From an uncultured virus (IMG/VR IMGVR_UViG_3300027863_000003) (Duplodnaviria > Heunggongvirae > Uroviricota > Caudoviricetes), in the IMG/VR virus record IMGVR_UViG_3300027863_000003: a DNA stretch of 64,000 nucleotides; one strand, written 5' to 3'. A program made the translations under genes and the position numbers. Positions 8,197 through 17,043 of the stretch are shown piece after piece; within the stretch, counting starts at the first letter, position 1, and every line of letters starts with the position of its first letter. The notes under the pieces were generated by a model. The model was not told where the DNA came from, made no database searches, and was given only the letters and a program-made list of their open reading frames with translations.

Positions 8197-8672
8197 GTTT
8201 CGATTGCTTTTTGTTTTTTGAATTGTCTGAATACAACCAAAAATTCACTGCGCATTGTGCCGTTCAATACGGCGCGAATGTAGGGGTCTAAATCGCCCCA
8301 TTCTTTCACCTTCGCCGCGTCAGCAGCCTTGATGTAATCGAGATTGGCCAGTGCTTCGGCGGCTTCCTTTGCGGTGATATGATGGTGGTCAGTGAAATAA
8401 TCGGTCAACCCATGAATGTCCGCGCCAGTTTCAATGTCCTTGAGTTTCAAGCGCATCTTTGCGAAAGCGGCATTCGTATTCGGCCAGTTGAGAAGTTCAA
8501 TGGCCAGGGTATAGGGTGTGTCCCGCCAATCTTTCATTTCCGCCACCAGTTTGGGTGCGCCAAGGTATTCTGCAAGCCAGATTTTGTAGGCGAGGAAATT
8601 CACTCCTTGCTCGCCCAGTTTCATGGCGAGATACTCATGAATTGGCAGGGTCTTTTTTGTTGTCGCAATCAT
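8190..8672 (-). CDS. hypothetical protein
   Basis: ORF; start taken at MIATTKK. Confidence 0.65.
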   Translation of the reverse strand: MIATTKKTLPIHEYLAMKLGEQGVNFLAYKIWLAEYLGAPKLVAEMKDWRDTPYTLAIELLNWPNTNAAFAKMRLKLKDIETGADIHGLTDYFTDHHHITAKEAAEALANLDYIKAADAAKVKEWGDLDPYIRAVLNGTMRSEFLVVFRQFKKQKAIETC

Positions 8673-8689
8673 AAACCAGCCTCTGAAAA

Positions 8690-9553
8690 TCAAGATACGC
8701 AGTTGGCAGTGTCCGTCAATGCCAAAATGCAAGATTTTATAAATTCCGCCGCGACTTGCGGTACAATTGCATTGCCGAGTCCGCGTAGTTTAACCACTCT
8801 ATTGGGTACCCCATCAACCAACAAACGAATTCCGGGTTTAACAAGCCGGGTTTTCCCGTCGGCAAGCTGGCACCAGAGGCCATCACCCCAGAGGCCACTT
8901 GTCGTGGCAACATATCCGTCCGCTTGCGCCGGCTGCCGTCCGGGTTTACAGCTTCCTTCGCCATGTTCGGTGTGTCTTTCCAATCCCTGCTGGTCGGCGT
9001 CACCCAAGGCTCGAAGTAGATTTGCCTTATCGGCACTTGAAACAGCAACCCAGAACAATCGCTGTCGTTTGTGCGGGGCACCGACGGCACAAGCTCCAAT
9101 AACTGCCGCCCCGACGGTGTAACCCGCCGCTTCCAGGTCATCGGAAAGACGGTCATACCAACCATTGGCAACCGCATTTGCAACCTGTTCTCCAAAGAGA
9201 ATTGGAGGGCGCTTTGTTCTGATGAGTTTTGCATAAATTGGCCATAAATCGCGTTCATCGTTGAATCCTTTCTTTTTGCCTATTAACGAAAACGGCTGGC
9301 AAGGCGGGCTGCCAGTCCAGACGGGAACAGCTTCGGGCCAGCCGGCCAGTTCAAGGGCAAGCGGCCACCCGCCTATGCCGGCAAAAAAATGACAATGCAC
9401 GTACCCGTCCAAATCGGCGGGGGTCAAATCCCGTATGTCACGGTTGTCAACGCGGCCGGGCGGCAGTTTCCCGCCGTCAACCAACACTTTCAACCACATC
9501 GAAATCTGCGGGTCGTTGTCGTTGTAAAAGGTCGTCGGACACATAATCTTCAA
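8690..9553 (-). CDS. DNA cytosine-C5 methyltransferase, large (alpha-like) polypeptide
   Basis: FFAGIGG (motif I), GSPPCQPFS (IV), EQV (VI), HKRQRLF (VIII), LGNAIVP (X); motif IX absent. Confidence 0.9.
   Translation of the reverse strand: MKIMCPTTFYNDNDPQISMWLKVLVDGGKLPPGRVDNRDIRDLTPADLDGYVHCHFFAGIGGWPLALELAGWPEAVPVWTGSPPCQPFSLIGKKKGFNDERDLWPIYAKLIRTKRPPILFGEQVANAVANGWYDRLSDDLEAAGYTVGAAVIGACAVGAPHKRQRLFWVAVSSADKANLLRALGDADQQGLERHTEHGEGSCKPGRQPAQADGYVATTSGLWGDGLWCQLADGKTRLVKPGIRLLVDGVPNRVVKLRGLGNAIVPQVAAEFIKSCILALTDTANCVS
8737..9258 (-). CDS. C5 methyltransferase small (beta-like) polypeptide, nested in an alternative frame
   Basis: LLNPEFVCWLMGYPIEW is a motif IX equivalent; W-TP-SRDWKD TRD-like segment; same strand, different frame. 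Confidence 0.75.
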   Translation of the reverse strand: MNAIYGQFMQNSSEQSALQFSLENRLQMRLPMVGMTVFPMTWKRRVTPSGRQLLELVPSVPRTNDSDCSGLLFQVPIRQIYFEPWVTPTSRDWKDTPNMAKEAVNPDGSRRKRTDMLPRQVASGVMASGASLPTGKPGLLNPEFVCWLMGYPIEWLNYADSAMQLYRKSRRNL

Positions 9554-10367
9554 TCCGATAGTTCATCCAGAGAAATTCGGTGGCCTCATGATGCTCGGCT
9601 ATGCTTGATGAAACGTTGGCCTTGAATGTCACCACCCGCCATTTTGGCGGTTGCAGCATCTTGCTGTACAGTTCATTATCATAGCCGGATAACGCAATCA
9701 AGGCACGGCTGGCATTGAGTTTTTCGAGCAGTTGTTCATGCTGTTTATTGTTGTAATCAAGGCCGTACTTGTGTTGTTTGCTGCGTGTATCTAGGTGATA
9801 AGGCGGGTCGCAGTAGAAAAGGATATTTGGGAAATTGAATTTTTCGAGCAACCAAATGGCATCCTTGTTTTCTATATGCACCATTTTCAGGCGCTCAACA
9901 ACTTCGCGCAGCCGCGGAACACGATGAAGAAAAACATGAGCCGCATTCCGAAGACGCGACAGTTGAAAATCGCTTGGGATTAAATTCGATGCATCACGAA
10001 ATTTCCGCGAAAAATCAACGCGAATGTAAAAATTCCGCGCCCGCTCAAGGTCGCTGCCCTGCCCGCGTTGCGCGATTGCATTTGCAAATTCTTCGCGGCT
10101 GTATGGGGTAAGCTCCAGTTGCCGGATTAACTCTTCCGGTTGCTGGCGGAGAACACGAAAAAAATTCACAACTTCGCCGTCAAGGTCATTGTAGATTTCA
10201 AACGGACTTGGTTTTCGGTTGAGCAGTATCGCCGCGCTGCCGCCGAATGGTTCGATGTAGCCGTGAACATACGGGAGCCATGGCAGGATTTTTTTGACCA
10301 GCTTGTTTTTGCCACCGTAGTACGGGAATGCAACTAATTTTTTTGGTTTTTGTGTTTCAGTTTTCAT
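9477..10367 (-). CDS. DNA N6-adenine methyltransferase (D12/Dam-like class)
   Basis: FPYYGGK, EPFGGSA, NDLD, YCDPPY; start at MKTETQK. Confidence 0.9.
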   Translation of the reverse strand: MKTETQKPKKLVAFPYYGGKNKLVKKILPWLPYVHGYIEPFGGSAAILLNRKPSPFEIYNDLDGEVVNFFRVLRQQPEELIRQLELTPYSREEFANAIAQRGQGSDLERARNFYIRVDFSRKFRDASNLIPSDFQLSRLRNAAHVFLHRVPRLREVVERLKMVHIENKDAIWLLEKFNFPNILFYCDPPYHLDTRSKQHKYGLDYNNKQHEQLLEKLNASRALIALSGYDNELYSKMLQPPKWRVVTFKANVSSSIAEHHEATEFLWMNYRIEDYVSDDLLQRQRPADFDVVESVG

Positions 10368-10369
10368 TT

Positions 10370-11455
10370 TTATGCAGGGTAAACATGTCCGTTCAAAACG
10401 ATGTAATTTTCGCAGGAGAAATTTTCGCCGTCTTTGTCGAGTCGGACAACCGCAAAGCCGTGGTTCCATCGCGGATTGTGCGGGCTGTAGCGCGGGTGAA
10501 GGTCGCAGAGGCAGCCTGCTGACCATGCGGAGATTAGCTCGCCGTTGAGTCGTGTTTCCCGATGCGAGCTTGATTGGTGCCGGTCGCCAATAAGCACGCA
10601 TGTAAGCGTGCGCAGAAAAGCGCCGCGCGCCGCATTCACGGGCGTGTAGAGGCTCCCCCTTGCAATCTCGTGGTTGTGCAGGACAAACAAAAGGCCAATC
10701 TTAATTGGACGGCGTTGCGTGATGAAGGTTACACGCTGGAGCCTGTCTTTGATTTTGTTGGAGACCTTGATGCCGATTGCTTCGGGATTTTTCAACACGA
10801 AATCAAGCCCCGGAAAGCCGCCGTTGTCATCAGCCAAGCATAATTCCGGCCCGTGTGTCCACAGGTAATGTATCCAGCGTTCTTCGTGATTTCCGAATTT
10901 GTAAATTACTTGCGCTCGCGGAAAATCTTCAATGAGCCGCTCAAAAAAATCGTAGAACAGCCGGAAGCCTGGCATCGTCATCATCTGGTGCGGGTCGCGT
11001 GGCCAGCGCGAGTATGCGTTGCAGTCGAGAATATCGCCGTTGAGCAGAATGCAATCCGCCCCGACTTTTTTACCATGCCGCATTGCTGCGATAAGGGCGG
11101 CTTTGTCGTGGTTGGGGAAGTGAATATCGGAGAGAACGAGCGTTGTTCTTGCATGGATTTCAAGGGGTGTCCAGTCAATCTCGCGAAATCCTTCTGGCAG
11201 GCTGGCCCACCTGTCGGTTCGCTTGCCATCCGGTCGGATGAAATCTTTAATGCGCGGCTGATGTTCTTTCCGGTTGCCCCGCAAATACCGGATGCGGTAC
11301 CTGAGTTTTTCGGCGGTCGTCACTCCAGCCAGCTTATATTCGCTCATGATGTGCTTGGCCAGTGACATCGACGGCCATTTGGGATGTGCGTACAATTCGT
11401 GGATTACAATTTGCCTCAAATCTTCCCGGCTGACAGTTGTAATTCCCATAAACAC
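10370..11455 (-). CDS. calcineurin-like metallophosphoesterase
   Basis: LSDIH, NGDILD, GNHE and GDRH motifs. Confidence 0.85.
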   Translation of the reverse strand: MFMGITTVSREDLRQIVIHELYAHPKWPSMSLAKHIMSEYKLAGVTTAEKLRYRIRYLRGNRKEHQPRIKDFIRPDGKRTDRWASLPEGFREIDWTPLEIHARTTLVLSDIHFPNHDKAALIAAMRHGKKVGADCILLNGDILDCNAYSRWPRDPHQMMTMPGFRLFYDFFERLIEDFPRAQVIYKFGNHEERWIHYLWTHGPELCLADDNGGFPGLDFVLKNPEAIGIKVSNKIKDRLQRVTFITQRRPIKIGLLFVLHNHEIARGSLYTPVNAARGAFLRTLTCVLIGDRHQSSSHRETRLNGELISAWSAGCLCDLHPRYSPHNPRWNHGFAVVRLDKDGENFSCENYIVLNGHVYPA

Positions 11456-11541
11456 CTTAATTTTCGCAGAAAATTCAATATTGTCAACGATATGGGAATG
11501 AGTTATTCATCATCCTGCGCGGCTTTGGGCTTGAAAAGCGG

Positions 11542-11754
11542 TCAATCTTTGGCGTCCTTATCATCTTTAAACTGCCAACATTCGCATTTGTAGGCAAATT
11601 TATTCGCCCGCACTGCATTACTGCCGATGCACCACATTGGATACGGCATTGTACAAAAGCCTTTCTGAACTTGGTCAGGGGCATTTGGGTCAGGCCTGAA
11701 ATGCTTGCAGTTACCGCAAAGCATCTCCGTAAACTTCGGTTTCTCGTTTTCCAT
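11542..11754 (-). CDS. small Cys-rich protein
   Basis: CGNCKHF...C...CECW. Confidence 0.65.
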   Translation of the reverse strand: MENEKPKFTEMLCGNCKHFRPDPNAPDQVQKGFCTMPYPMWCIGSNAVRANKFAYKCECWQFKDDKDAKD

Positions 11755-11913
11755 ACAATTCTTCTTTATCGTTAAAAATTACCTCATCCCAACTTTAACG
11801 TTACATTTTGACTTATAGGACGTTTTGATTTCATGTCCGCTTGTTGATACTCCCCGCGCATGAAAGTTGATTTACGGCTCATTCTGCTGGGCGTAAATCG
11901 CAAGGAATTGATT

Positions 11914-12147
11914 TTATGCGGTCTCGTCATCGCCCTTTCCCTTGGATTGGTAAGGCCGGACTGCCCAAAGCGGGCAACGTTCAGCCCTGCATTCTCTGAC
12001 AGAAATTCTGTCGAAATTGCAGCAATCCAGGCACTTGGCTTTGATTGCCGATATTTTGTGGCCCTTGTATGCCCGCTTGAGTATTCCGACGTACTTGGGG
12101 AAATACTTTTCGACATACGCAAGGGCTGATTTTTGTTTGTCAGTCAT
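11914..12147 (-). CDS. small putative zinc-binding phage protein
   Basis: AIKAKCLDCC...C...CPLW-VRPY. Confidence 0.7.
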   Translation of the reverse strand: MTDKQKSALAYVEKYFPKYVGILKRAYKGHKISAIKAKCLDCCNFDRISVRECRAERCPLWAVRPYQSKGKGDDETA

Positions 12148-12388
12148 TTTGCACCTCCATTTCCTCTGGTTCATCGTCAATCCGCACTTTGCTTGCCGGT
12201 CGGCATAAGACGACAAAGTTCGGTTTGCGCGATACAAATGCCAGTTTCGCGTCCGGTATGGGTTCCCAGGCGCGGACGAGTCTTTTCAACTCGTCAAGCT
12301 CGGCGATGTTGTATTTGTTCGTTATACGCACATACCCTTTGCGGGTCAGTGCGTCTAATGTTTTGAGGCTTGTCAATCCCATAATCAA
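12140..12388 (-). CDS. hypothetical protein
   Basis: 82-aa ORF coupled to the ATPase gene. Confidence 0.55.
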   Translation of the reverse strand: MIMGLTSLKTLDALTRKGYVRITNKYNIAELDELKRLVRAWEPIPDAKLAFVSRKPNFVVLCRPASKVRIDDEPEEMEVQND

Positions 12389-13110
12389 TTCTCCTTTTGC
12401 GCTGCGTTAATTGTTGTGCACATGTCATTTAACCGTCGCAGGATAGGTTGCCCAATTGTTGGAGAAAACCTTTCCGCGAATGTTTTACCGGTGTAATTGG
12501 TGGTAATCAAAACCGGAAGCTGGTTTGCATAACGACCCTCAATCACGGCGAAGAGGGCTTCCTCAACCCGCTCGGTGAGTTTGAATTTGCCGAAATCGTC
12601 AAAGAACAGAACCTCGGCTTCAGAAAGTTGCTTGATGAACGGGATTGATTGGCCATTCGCCGCGGCGTCACTGGCCCTGAGGCCGAATTCCTGGCAGCTT
12701 TCAACGGCCACTTGGCGGCCCTCATCCACCACCAGCCTGCGAACAAGCATCCACATGAGCCGCGTTTTCCCAGCGCCAGTTGGGCCGTAAAGCATCAAGC
12801 CTTTTGGCCCGTATTGCCAGCTTATAACGGTAGCCTTAACTTCGTCCGGCATGGATAGCAGGTTCAAATCGCTGCTCCGGTAAATTGGCCGGCATAACGC
12901 CTCAAAGGTCTCAAGACGTTTCTGCATCCGCCGTTCGTGTTCCAGCTTTTCCTTTTCAGCCCGTTTGTGCTCCTGACATTCAGGGCAAAGCCGGACAATC
13001 GGAGCGCCAGTCCTGCCGTTTATCACAAAGCAAATTGAAGTGAACGGCTTTTTACACTGCTCACAGTCCAATTGCATTTCCTTTGTTTCGTATGTGGTTT
13101 CCATGGTCAT
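12385..13110 (-). CDS. DnaC/IstB-like AAA+ helicase loader
   Basis: N-terminal CxxC pairs, GPTGAGKT, FFDDFG, ITTN, RRL; follows the initiator gene. Confidence 0.85.
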   Translation of the reverse strand: MTMETTYETKEMQLDCEQCKKPFTSICFVINGRTGAPIVRLCPECQEHKRAEKEKLEHERRMQKRLETFEALCRPIYRSSDLNLLSMPDEVKATVISWQYGPKGLMLYGPTGAGKTRLMWMLVRRLVVDEGRQVAVESCQEFGLRASDAAANGQSIPFIKQLSEAEVLFFDDFGKFKLTERVEEALFAVIEGRYANQLPVLITTNYTGKTFAERFSPTIGQPILRRLNDMCTTINAAQKEN

Positions 13111-13955
13111 GTTTTTTGTTGTTTCTTTTTTTCAAAGGGTGTTCCAGCCCAAAAATCCTCCTGGTAATTCGGCTCGGTGATTTCCCTGTTGCTCTTTGGC
13201 CCATTGCTTAAAGCACGATTGCGATTCAACCGTTCCTGCTCATACCGCCATTGAACGGCCAGATAGGATTGGAAATTCGTAATCGGCTGGCCGTTGGGGC
13301 CAACCCACCCCATAGAGTTCGCCTTGTGCCAGACAAATTCCGCAAAGTCAGCGGGGCACCCTACGGCACCGCAAAAGTTTCGAGCGGCTTGAGGTGTTTC
13401 TGGCAAACCATCGCATTCAACGGAAATTCTTTCTTTGGTATTTTCTTTCTTATAATTCTTTTCATTCTTATCATTCTTATATTCTTCGTTAGTGGTTGCT
13501 TGATGGTTGCTTGATGGTTGCTTGATGGTTGCTTGATGGTTGATTTGTTGGTTTTTTGCAGTGTCGTTAATATCAAAACACCTTGTGTCTGAAAGCCTTG
13601 CGATGGTTCCTTTGTTGGTTGTTCTGATGGTTGCAAAATTGAATTTTGTCAGTTGCATGAGAGCAGTTCTGTATTGTTGCCTGGTTAGACCGAGTTTTTT
13701 CCAGTCGCCGATAAAAGCTTCACCCTTTTGCAAGCCATGCCTGTTGAAGCCGCCATGCCAGTTTGCTCGATAGGCAATCACATAGAGCAGCCAAAGCGCA
13801 TTCGGATTCATGGCTCCCAATTCGAATGCATCAGGATTGCGCATCGCCTTGAACCACCCTTGACAATCCAATGAATCCGATGTATCTTCCATCGGGTTCA
13901 TGGTTGCCCCCGTGTCTTCGCTGGCCGGGGAATTTTTTTCTCGCTCAGCGTTCAT
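13107..13955 (-). CDS. phage replication initiator (O-like)
   Basis: wHTH-like LGLTRQQYRTALMQL; internal 11-bp tandem repeats; upstream of a DnaC-like gene. Confidence 0.7.
   Translation of the reverse strand: MNAEREKNSPASEDTGATMNPMEDTSDSLDCQGWFKAMRNPDAFELGAMNPNALWLLYVIAYRANWHGGFNRHGLQKGEAFIGDWKKLGLTRQQYRTALMQLTKFNFATIRTTNKGTIARLSDTRCFDINDTAKNQQINHQATIKQPSSNHQATTNEEYKNDKNEKNYKKENTKERISVECDGLPETPQAARNFCGAVGCPADFAEFVWHKANSMGWVGPNGQPITNFQSYLAVQWRYEQERLNRNRALSNGPKSNREITEPNYQEDFWAGTPFEKKKQQKT
13493..13542. repeat. iteron-like tandem repeat (candidate origin)
   Basis: TGGTTGCTTGA x4 plus a partial copy, next to an AT-rich ATTCTT-repeat tract at ~13426-13490. Confidence 0.75.
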
Positions 13956-14145
13956 TTTGCAATTCCCATTCTTTGAAAAGTTAATCGGCTGGCAGATTTG
14001 AGGCGGGATTGTGACAAGAATCGTTTGTCAGGAGGGTTGTTAACCCATCGCAAAGACCAAACAACCGAACAAACAACCAAACAACCACACGGAAAAGCGG
14101 CCACGACGTTCCGTGGCCCAGTCGTGCCAGCCGATGAAAAGTAAC

Positions 14146-14514
14146 TCATAATGTAACAATTTGCAAAAATTCATCAAAAGAACGCACCACATAGGCCGCA
14201 TATTCGTTTTTGCGCGCATAAGCCAACACCGCCTGCTGCTCCGGTCGCAGTTTGCCGGTTGCCGATTTGCATTCGATGAGCAGGACACGCCCGCGGCCCG
14301 GAAAAATCACAAAGTCAGGCTCGCCCAGGGTGCGATGCGTCCTGTGCGCCGTCGAGCCGTGAAAGAAAAGCCAGCCAGCTTTGCGGCAGTAGTCAGCAAT
14401 CTGATTGTGCAAATCACGTTCCCGCGTCGGTTTTCCCGGCATTTTCTGCACACCGAAAATTTCGGGGTTGCGGCGTTTAACCGATTCACTTGGTTTGATG
14501 TCCTCAAGCCTCAT
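14146..14514 (-). CDS. VRR-NUC domain nuclease
   Basis: E..L...GEPDF...IECKS..GKL..EQ. Confidence 0.85.
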   Translation of the reverse strand: MRLEDIKPSESVKRRNPEIFGVQKMPGKPTRERDLHNQIADYCRKAGWLFFHGSTAHRTHRTLGEPDFVIFPGRGRVLLIECKSATGKLRPEQQAVLAYARKNEYAAYVVRSFDEFLQIVTL

Positions 14515-14714
14515 GGTTCGCGCCCCTTCGGCCCGTCGTCCGGCACGTCATCCTCAATGTCCTCGCGCCGCTGGCAGCATCCACAGATGCCGGCTTCCTC
14601 CATGGGGTCATATCGGAACGCCCGCCCGCAAATGCGGCAGCGGCAGATTGTGTCTCTGGAAAATTCTGGGTTGCTGCTGGTGACGCCGTCAGGCAAATTA
14701 TAATCGGTGTTCAT
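14511..14714 (-). CDS. small zinc-ribbon protein
   Basis: CRIC...CGCC. Confidence 0.55.
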   Translation of the reverse strand: MNTDYNLPDGVTSSNPEFSRDTICRCRICGRAFRYDPMEEAGICGCCQRREDIEDDVPDDGPKGREP

Positions 14715-15097
14715 ATTTCTTCCACTGTTTTTTTGATTTCGTCGTCGCTTACTTCTTCGGTCAATATGACTGCATCAGCCAGCACTGTGCCCGCGGGAAG
14801 GTCGCGCAAAGGCATTTTTCTATTGGGATTATACCATACCGCTTCCAATTGCGATTTGATGAATTTGCAATGGTGAATCCTGCGGCCATATATCACGGGG
14901 TTGCCATCAAGGTATCTGACTAAATCCTCCATTTCTGCGAATACACAGAGTGGCCCACAATCTTGTTTTGGCATGGTGATTTTGCCCAATTCATATTTTA
15001 TCCCTCCCCTGCCATCACTTTGAATGTCGGAATATAGTCCATCTCGTTTCGGGGACACTATTTTGTATCCGTCGCGCCATTCAGGATATATGTTCAT
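14711..15097 (-). CDS. GYKVV/CGPLCVF family protein
   Basis: WRDGYKIV...CGPLCVF...LPAGTVLADAVIL. Confidence 0.85.
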   Translation of the reverse strand: MNIYPEWRDGYKIVSPKRDGLYSDIQSDGRGGIKYELGKITMPKQDCGPLCVFAEMEDLVRYLDGNPVIYGRRIHHCKFIKSQLEAVWYNPNRKMPLRDLPAGTVLADAVILTEEVSDDEIKKTVEEI

Positions 15098-15489
15098 AGC
15101 TCCTCCTTTGCTTTTTGGATTTCATCGTCGCTCACTTTTTCAGTGAGCACGACTGCATCAGCCAAGGCAGTCCCATCCGGTAAGTCCTCAATGGATAAGG
15201 CCGTTAATAAATCAGAAAGCCAAACACAGGTTTTTTGAGTTGGTTTATATTTACATCTCCAGATTTGATGTGGTATTCCCCTGAATTTGTCCGCGTATTC
15301 AAATGAGGTGAACACGCACAATGGGCCGCATTTCGGCAATGGCACTGTTTCAACACCGGGGCAGTATGTGACGCAGCCGCCGTCAGCTTTCCCGATGGTC
15401 GCGGATAGCAATTCGCCGCTCCTTGAAACCAAAACCACCTTGTAACCGTCTTTCCAATTGCGTTTTCTTTTTGTCATAACCCCTTTCAC
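15094..15489 (-). CDS. GYKVV/CGPLCVF family protein
   Basis: WKDGYKVV...CGPLCVF...LPDGTALADAVVL. Confidence 0.85.
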   Translation of the reverse strand: MKGVMTKRKRNWKDGYKVVLVSRSGELLSATIGKADGGCVTYCPGVETVPLPKCGPLCVFTSFEYADKFRGIPHQIWRCKYKPTQKTCVWLSDLLTALSIEDLPDGTALADAVVLTEKVSDDEIQKAKEEL

Positions 15490-16025
15490 ATCGTGGTATC
15501 CCTTAGCGCCCTATCAATATCCTCTTGCGATACCTGGGCCACGAGTTGCACTTCTCTTGCCAGCGCAGTCCATTTCGAGAGCCGCGCTAGCTCGGTTGAC
15601 GGCCCGTCTTGAATCCACACAGCCGTCGCGGCTGATATGCGATATCGGCAAGTGAAGACATGCAGTGCGGGATTGCCATAAGCATAGCACGCCGCCGCCT
15701 TCAATGTAGTAAATACCGTAAACGGCCCATAGTTGGGGTGCTGCTCCGTGATTTCATGTATTTTGTAGGTGCGCATTGCGAGAGCCTCTTTGATTTCCGA
15801 TGAGACTAGTTTCCCATTATCGAGCTTGCGCACAACCTTATACCCATCAATCCACAGGTTATAATAATACTGCAGGATGTTGGAAACCCTATCCATTGCT
15901 TTACGGGTAATGCAAAGGTCAGTCTTTGCTTTGCTCAGAGTATTTATTGGTAGCGTCTCTAATGCAGCTATTCGTTCTAGACACATCAGGCGCCAGTGGT
16001 TTTCGTTATTCAATATTGTATTCAT
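15486..16025 (-). CDS. GYKVV/CGPLCVF family protein with N-terminal helical extension
   Basis: WIDGYKVV...YGPFTVF...CRY...VW...TALAREVQL. Confidence 0.8.
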   Translation of the reverse strand: MNTILNNENHWRLMCLERIAALETLPINTLSKAKTDLCITRKAMDRVSNILQYYYNLWIDGYKVVRKLDNGKLVSSEIKEALAMRTYKIHEITEQHPNYGPFTVFTTLKAAACYAYGNPALHVFTCRYRISAATAVWIQDGPSTELARLSKWTALAREVQLVAQVSQEDIDRALRDTTM

Positions 16026-16039
16026 TTTATTTTCCTCCT

Positions 16040-16441
16040 TTATTTTTTAATTTTTTTTCTCACCTTTCCTAAAAGCTTGACCGCGTCAGCAAGCACGGTT
16101 CCTCTTGCCAATTCACAAAGGCGCTGTTTTATACACCAGGCGTCGCCTTTGACCCATACGGATTTCTTTTTCGACGGCAAAAATTTGCATCGCATGATAA
16201 TTTCTTCGGGCTGCGTTTTGAAGCGCAGGGCGTCCTTCAACCTTTTGAAAACACAAATTGGCCCGCAACCCTCCTTGGGGACGATAATGGTGCCCTCTTG
16301 ATAAATTATGCCGCCCAGGAATCTATTAACGGCTGACGAAGCCATTCTGCCATCCCAGAAAATGCGCACCACTTTATAACCGTCAACCCAGTCGGCATTC
16401 TTTTCATGTTGTAGCGTTGTTGAATGCTTTTTCAATTTCAA
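16040..16441 (-). CDS. GYKVV/CGPLCVF family protein
   Basis: WVDGYKVV...CGPICVF...GTVLADAVKL. Confidence 0.85.
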   Translation of the reverse strand: MKLKKHSTTLQHEKNADWVDGYKVVRIFWDGRMASSAVNRFLGGIIYQEGTIIVPKEGCGPICVFKRLKDALRFKTQPEEIIMRCKFLPSKKKSVWVKGDAWCIKQRLCELARGTVLADAVKLLGKVRKKIKK

Positions 16442-17043
16442 CGTGCATCAATCTTAAATTGGTTTTCCATTATTCTGGCAATCAAATCTGGAGAAACCTC
16501 CTCAGTTATCATGACCCAATCAGCCAGAGCCGTCTCGCATGGCAAACAATCATAAAGGCAGGTTGGCAATTGTTTCGTCCACACCCTGTTGATGGGGGAT
16601 GGTTTGAATTTGCAAGACCAAACCGTTGTCCCTTCAATCCTGTACGAGTAAAAAGCTGCCGCCCTGATTGTTGCGAAAACACTCAAAGGCCCACAGCCTT
16701 CATCCGGATAAACAATCTTTCCTACTGAATAAATGCACCCGCCTTGTTCAGGCGGCACATGGCAGGATATAAGAGCGCCGAATTTGTTCCTTTTCAGAAC
16801 CTTGAATCCTGTCAATTCAATGTTGCGGTATTTTTCGAGAATTTCGCCGGCTTCTGCCAGATATTTGTCAACCTTCTCTTTCTCTTTTAAAATATCTAGG
16901 GCATGGGCTATTTCGCCGGGCTTTTCGGCAATCCAAGCGTAATAATCCATGACCCTCAACATTCGCTCGGCCAATTCCCGCAACTCCTCAAGTTTTTTGG
17001 CGGTGTTTAATGAAATTGTCATCAAGCTTTCGTCTGTTTTCAT
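16438..17043 (-). CDS. GYKVV/CGPLCVF family protein with N-terminal helical extension
   Basis: GFKVL...CGPLSVF...CKFKPS...VW...TALADWVMI. Confidence 0.8.
   Translation of the reverse strand: MKTDESLMTISLNTAKKLEELRELAERMLRVMDYYAWIAEKPGEIAHALDILKEKEKVDKYLAEAGEILEKYRNIELTGFKVLKRNKFGALISCHVPPEQGGCIYSVGKIVYPDEGCGPLSVFATIRAAAFYSYRIEGTTVWSCKFKPSPINRVWTKQLPTCLYDCLPCETALADWVMITEEVSPDLIARIMENQFKIDAR

Noticed and set aside
9477..10367. Naming the adenine methylase dam (GATC-specific)
   Set aside because: Family motifs do not fix specificity, and GATC seems absent from the genome.
14055..14092. Short CAAACAACC repeats
   Set aside because: Short and imperfect; I could not distinguish them from low-complexity sequence.
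1007..17043. Paralog family as targets of a diversity-generating retroelement
   Set aside because: No reverse transcriptase, and no near-identical template/variable repeat pair differing only at adenines.
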